Source: Octopus bimaculoides
Lineage: Eukaryota
DNA: 38,701 nucleotides
Direction of reading: 5' to 3'
Assembly: GCF_001194135.2 (NCBI RefSeq)
Contig: NC_068981.1
Coordinates: 3,853,680 to 3,892,380, forward strand
Below the pieces are notes generated by a model. The model made no database searches, was not told the DNA's origin, and saw nothing but the letters and a program-made list of their open reading frames with translations. Made by a program: the position numbers and the translations under genes. This document shows, in pieces, positions 34,434 to 38,701 of this stretch. The stretch's first letter is position 1. Each line of letters starts with the position of its first letter.

Positions 34434-36366
34434 TTACAAATATATGTATAGCTATATGTATATATGCATGCATGTGTGTGTGTGTGTGTGAATGTATTTC
34501 TAACCTTGCTCTCTAAAACAGCTTTCTGGTTGTCTCCCGCAGAGAGAGAATACACAAACTTGACAACCAATTAAAAAGAAGAAACGCACAACACTGAAGT
34601 TGACTCTCATTCAGTGCAGCCACAACCACACGCATTATAGCAATGATCAAAGTGTTTGTGTAGGGCTTAGTATCACCATAGATAACACAGGGACCATATA
34701 TATAGCAGTAAACATTTAACATGATAAACATACGCAATATAGTAAACATATATAGTGTAGCAAAATTGAATTCCTTATAAGAAATGTTTGTATCATGAGG
34801 GAAAGAATAGGTAATCTCAGTAACTAATATTATTGTCTCAATCATTTCACCAAGTAAGGGAGACAACTCTGCACACGTTTCAGTACTATTAGAACTCTTT
34901 AGTGAAACATGGATATTATCATAGTAGATGAATTAGTGATGAGAGAATCACTGAACTGATGTACAACACTGTGGAAAAATTAAATGCTTGAAAATTCTAA
35001 GCCTCAGGCCAACCAAATCCTTGCGAGTAGAAATCAGTAGATGGAAACTGAAAGAAGTCCATCGTACATATGGACATATATATGTGTTTATATGTGTGTG
35101 TGTGTATGTGTGTGCACATGCGTGCATCTTTCTGTCTGTGTTTGTCCCCCCCACTGGCACTTGACAACCAGTTCAGCAAAAGAGACCAATAGAACAAGTA
35201 CCAGGCTTTAAATAACAAAAAGTCCTGGGGTCAATTTGTTTGACTGAAATTCTTCAAGGCAGTGCTCCAGCATGGCCACAGTCTCAGGACTGATACAAGT
35301 AAAAGATGGTTCAGGTTTTGGCCCCAGAGAGAAGAATGCATTCCACACAGAAAGCCAGCTTTGTTGATTTTGAAATACTCAATTGACAGGACATTCCAGG
35401 CTGGTCCCTTGCAAGTCTGGGAGTCTTTCTTACTGTCAGCAATGTGGAACAGAAGGTCCTTGATTTGTGTGACATTAAGGAAACAAATTAACAAGGGGCT
35501 TTCAACCTCCATCACATTGAGGGAAAAATTTATCCCCTCATATTAGTTTCCAATTTTAGCATAAAGTCAGCAATTACAAGCGAGGGGGTAATCAATTACA
35601 TTTACCCCAGTATTTAACTGGTATTTATTTTATCAACCCCAAAATGATGAAAAGCTAAGTTGACCTCAGTGGAATTTGAACTCAGAACAAAGATGGACAA
35701 AATGCTAAGCATTTTTCCCAGCAGGGTAACAATTCTTCCAGCTTGTTGCCTTATCTACCCCCCCCCCCNNNNNNNNNNNNNNNNNNNNNNNCCCCCCGCC
35801 ATCATATTTATGGGATTAACATGCATTTCTCTTCATATTGATTCCATCCCAGAATGGAACCAAAACGTCTTCCACATAAGCAGATCAACATTTCTCCTGA
35901 TGCTTGTCCTCAGAAAACTCATAGAAGAGCTTTGCACTGAAAACTCTGTCATTCTCTTATCTTCTGCGACTGTTACCATTGGCAACTATTTTACTATTTC
36001 ACATTGTACAATTGACCAATGTTATTTTTCCCTCTTCAAAACATCATCATTAATGATTGTGTAATATTTTTTCCTGGCTAACTCACCCCGCCCACATCAA
36101 CTCATCCGGTGCAGGAAGATAGATAGATTACCATTTATTGTCTTCAGACATATTCTCTTCTCCTACCCACATCTTTCCTACCCTTTTAACGCACCTGACA
36201 GCCAAGAACAGTTTTCTGTTTCCTTTCATCCCAACCCATCCATCTACTCCACTCACTCAACCCTTAGCTACTAACATGGGCCCTCATATATGGATTCCAA
36301 TGCCGCAGGGGCCCACTTGCCATCGGGAAAGTTGGCAAGCTGGCCAGTCCACCACTCTATATATAC

Positions 36367-36406
<40 letters not shown>

Positions 36407-36734
36407 ACATACACACACGTATAGAGTAATAAATAGAGTGATAGATACATATATACATATATATCATCATCATCATCATCATCATCGTTTAACGTCCGCT
36501 TTCCATGCTAGCATGTGTATACGTATATCTCTGCATATGCCTATCAAGGAATATATATATATATATACACATGCTCAATAAATATACACATAAAGATCAT
36601 ATAGATAAACATTGGTGATATCAGCAATGCCAATGTAAATGAATATATATTAGATATGTGTGTGTGTGTGTGTGTCTATGTGCATACATGTGTGCATGTC
36701 TGGGTATATTTATATACATACATACATACATACA

Positions 36735-36774
<40 letters not shown>

Positions 36775-37599
36775 NNNNNNNNNNNNNNNNNNNNNNNNNN
36801 NNNNNNNNNNNNNNNNNNNNNNNNNNNNNNNNNNNNNNNNNNNNNNNNNNNNNNNNNNNNNNNNNNNNNNNNNNNNNNNNNNNNNNNNNNNNNNNNNNNN
36901 NNNNNNNNNNNNNNNNNNNNNNNNNNNNNNNNNNNNNNNNNNNNNNNNNNNNNNNNNNNNNNNNNNNNNNNNNNNNNNNNNNNNNNGCTCCAGTCTGATT
37001 TGGCAGAGTTTCTACAGCTGGATGCCCTTCCTAACGCCAACCACTCAGAGAGTGTAGTGGGTGCTTTTACGTGTCACCCGCACGAAAACGGCCACGCTCG
37101 AAATGGTGTCTTTTATGTGCCACCCGCACAAGCCAGTCCAGGGGCGCTGGCAACGATCTCGCTCGAAAATCCTACGGGAGCCAGTCAGGCGGTACTGGCA
37201 ACGGCCAATATATATTTAGAAATTGATTATATATAATTAGCTCTGAGATTCGAGGTCTGTTTGAACGTGAGAGAAAGATTGTGTGAGAATGTGGCTGGTG
37301 TTTGTAAGCATCAATGTGTACATGTATGCGTGCATGTGTTTGTATGTGTATGTACATGCATGTTTTTATGAATGCATGTATGTATGCCTGTGAGTATGTA
37401 TGTGTGTGTGTGTGTGTGTTTAAGTGTGAGAGAGAGAGAAAGAGAGAAAGAGAGAGGGAGTACATGCACATAAGGTAGTAATAAAATTGTATAAAATTGC
37501 AATATTTCAAAAGCTTTAGATGATAAAACATGAAACAAAATTCTTAAAGCATATGTAGATATATGCTTATGTGTTTGTATGTATGTATGTATGTATACA

Positions 37600-37745
37600 C
37601 ACATACACATAGTTCCTAGTATAGATGTGAATATTAGACATACACACACACACACACATAGTTCCTAGTATAGATGTGAATATTAGACATACACACACAC
37701 ACACATAGTTCCTAGCATAGATGTGAATATCAGACATACACACAC
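37600..37745. repeat. Three-copy ~48-bp minisatellite
   Basis: catagttcctagtatagatgtgaatattagacata(ca)n at about 37608, 37657 and 37704. Confidence 0.9.
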
Positions 37746-37950
37746 ACACACACACACACATACACACACACACATACACACACGCATATATACACTTATA
37801 TACACATATACACATATCCACACACACACACACATTCATATATATGTTTGTGTATGTTTGTATGCATGTTCTTGTATATCTCTATGCGTGTGTGAATACA
37901 CACACATATATATGTATATGTGTGTGTATATACATATATGAACTTAGATA

Positions 37951-38352
37951 CGAGGTGGTATCAAAAAGTTCCAAGACTAGTTCTGTAGCACGCCAACAGA
38001 TGGCAGCACACAGTTGCATGCAAAGTAAGAGCTAGCAGTGGCCTTCATGAGGCAGTGTGTGGAGTGACATTGCTGTGTTTACTTCGCAAATTGTGAAATT
38101 TGTGTTTTTGTGATCATGTGTGTCTGCTGTAGTCTGTGATTTTGTCATGGACAGGAACAAAGAGCCAACAAGGAATTTTGCATTAAACTTGGGAAGTCTG
38201 CTACAGAGACATTCAGTATTCTCCGGTAAGCTTGCATTGATGAGGCAATGTGTCGTACACAATTCTTCAAGTGGCACAGGTGCCTCAACAGCCGAAGGAC
38301 ACTCCTGGAAGACAATGAGCGACCTGGAAGACCTACCACGAGCATCACTTAA
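37951..38352 (+). mobile_element. Mariner 5' end and transposase HTH remnant
   Basis: TA + cgaggtggtatcaaaaagtt terminus. FCIKLGKSATETFSILR*ACIDEAMCRTQFFKWHRCLNSRRTLLEDNERPGRPTTS. Confidence 0.85.
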
Positions 38353-38701
38353 AAAGATAAAGAGAGCAATGGTAAGGTTGGGGAAGTATTTTATGGATAG
38401 AGTCTTACAGCTGTTTCTGGGAAGATCCAGTACTTCCCTTCATCGGAGATAGAAAAAATAAAGTAATCTATTATTATATCCATAGGCGGATATTTTTAGT
38501 ATGAAGTGGTAAAGAGTGTGATGCGCTGAAAAGAGAGAGAACAGTACTTGAAGTGTAGTTTCATTCCAGTAGTAAATATCCGTGTAGAAATCCGTGCAAA
38601 GTAATCCATGTGTGGATAATCTGGAAATTTATGTTGGAGCGAAAGTTGATATAGCATAGATAGCAGAGGTACATATATTCCATATTGCAATGGATTTTTG
38701 C

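Noticed and set aside
3333-38035. Long low-complexity ORFs (poly-H, YI, CV, TH, X runs)
   Set aside because: Translations of microsatellites and N-gaps; no coding signal.
29301-38701. Upstream exons of the dioxygenase (HxD motif region)
   Set aside because: Searched by eye on the minus strand; none found. They are probably in gaps or outside the window.

Overview
Eukaryotic, AT-rich, microsatellite-saturated draft-assembly sequence with 11 N-gaps. The repeat content looks like an octopus genome; that taxon call is an inference from recalled repeat families, not a search. The only well-supported protein-coding sequence is the last two exons of a minus-strand PhyH-family Fe(II)/2-oxoglutarate dioxygenase (29149-29300 and 25704-25817). 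Its upstream exons are not visible and lie in gaps or beyond the window. One orphan 29-nt minus-strand micro-exon candidate sits at 11681-11709. The rest is mostly transposon debris: RTE and R4/Dong-type LINE remnants, tRNA-derived SINEs, a (GAT)n-tailed RTE-related repeat, mariner fragments, Tc1- and piggyBac-type MITEs and foldbacks. The most striking unannotated signal is a set of type-I hammerhead ribozyme motifs inside short Penelope-like or retrozyme-like repeats. Four are canonical (17330-17372, 23920-23957, 30385-30457, 31520-31562), one is minimal (22368-22413) and one is degenerate (18973-19008). Most have the palindromic loop III typical of dimer-acting hammerheads, and one lies in a roughly 350-nt partial tandem unit. 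Almost all supplied ORFs are microsatellite or repeat artefacts. Repeat boundaries are approximate (about +/-20 nt) unless defined by a TSD, TIR or splice site.
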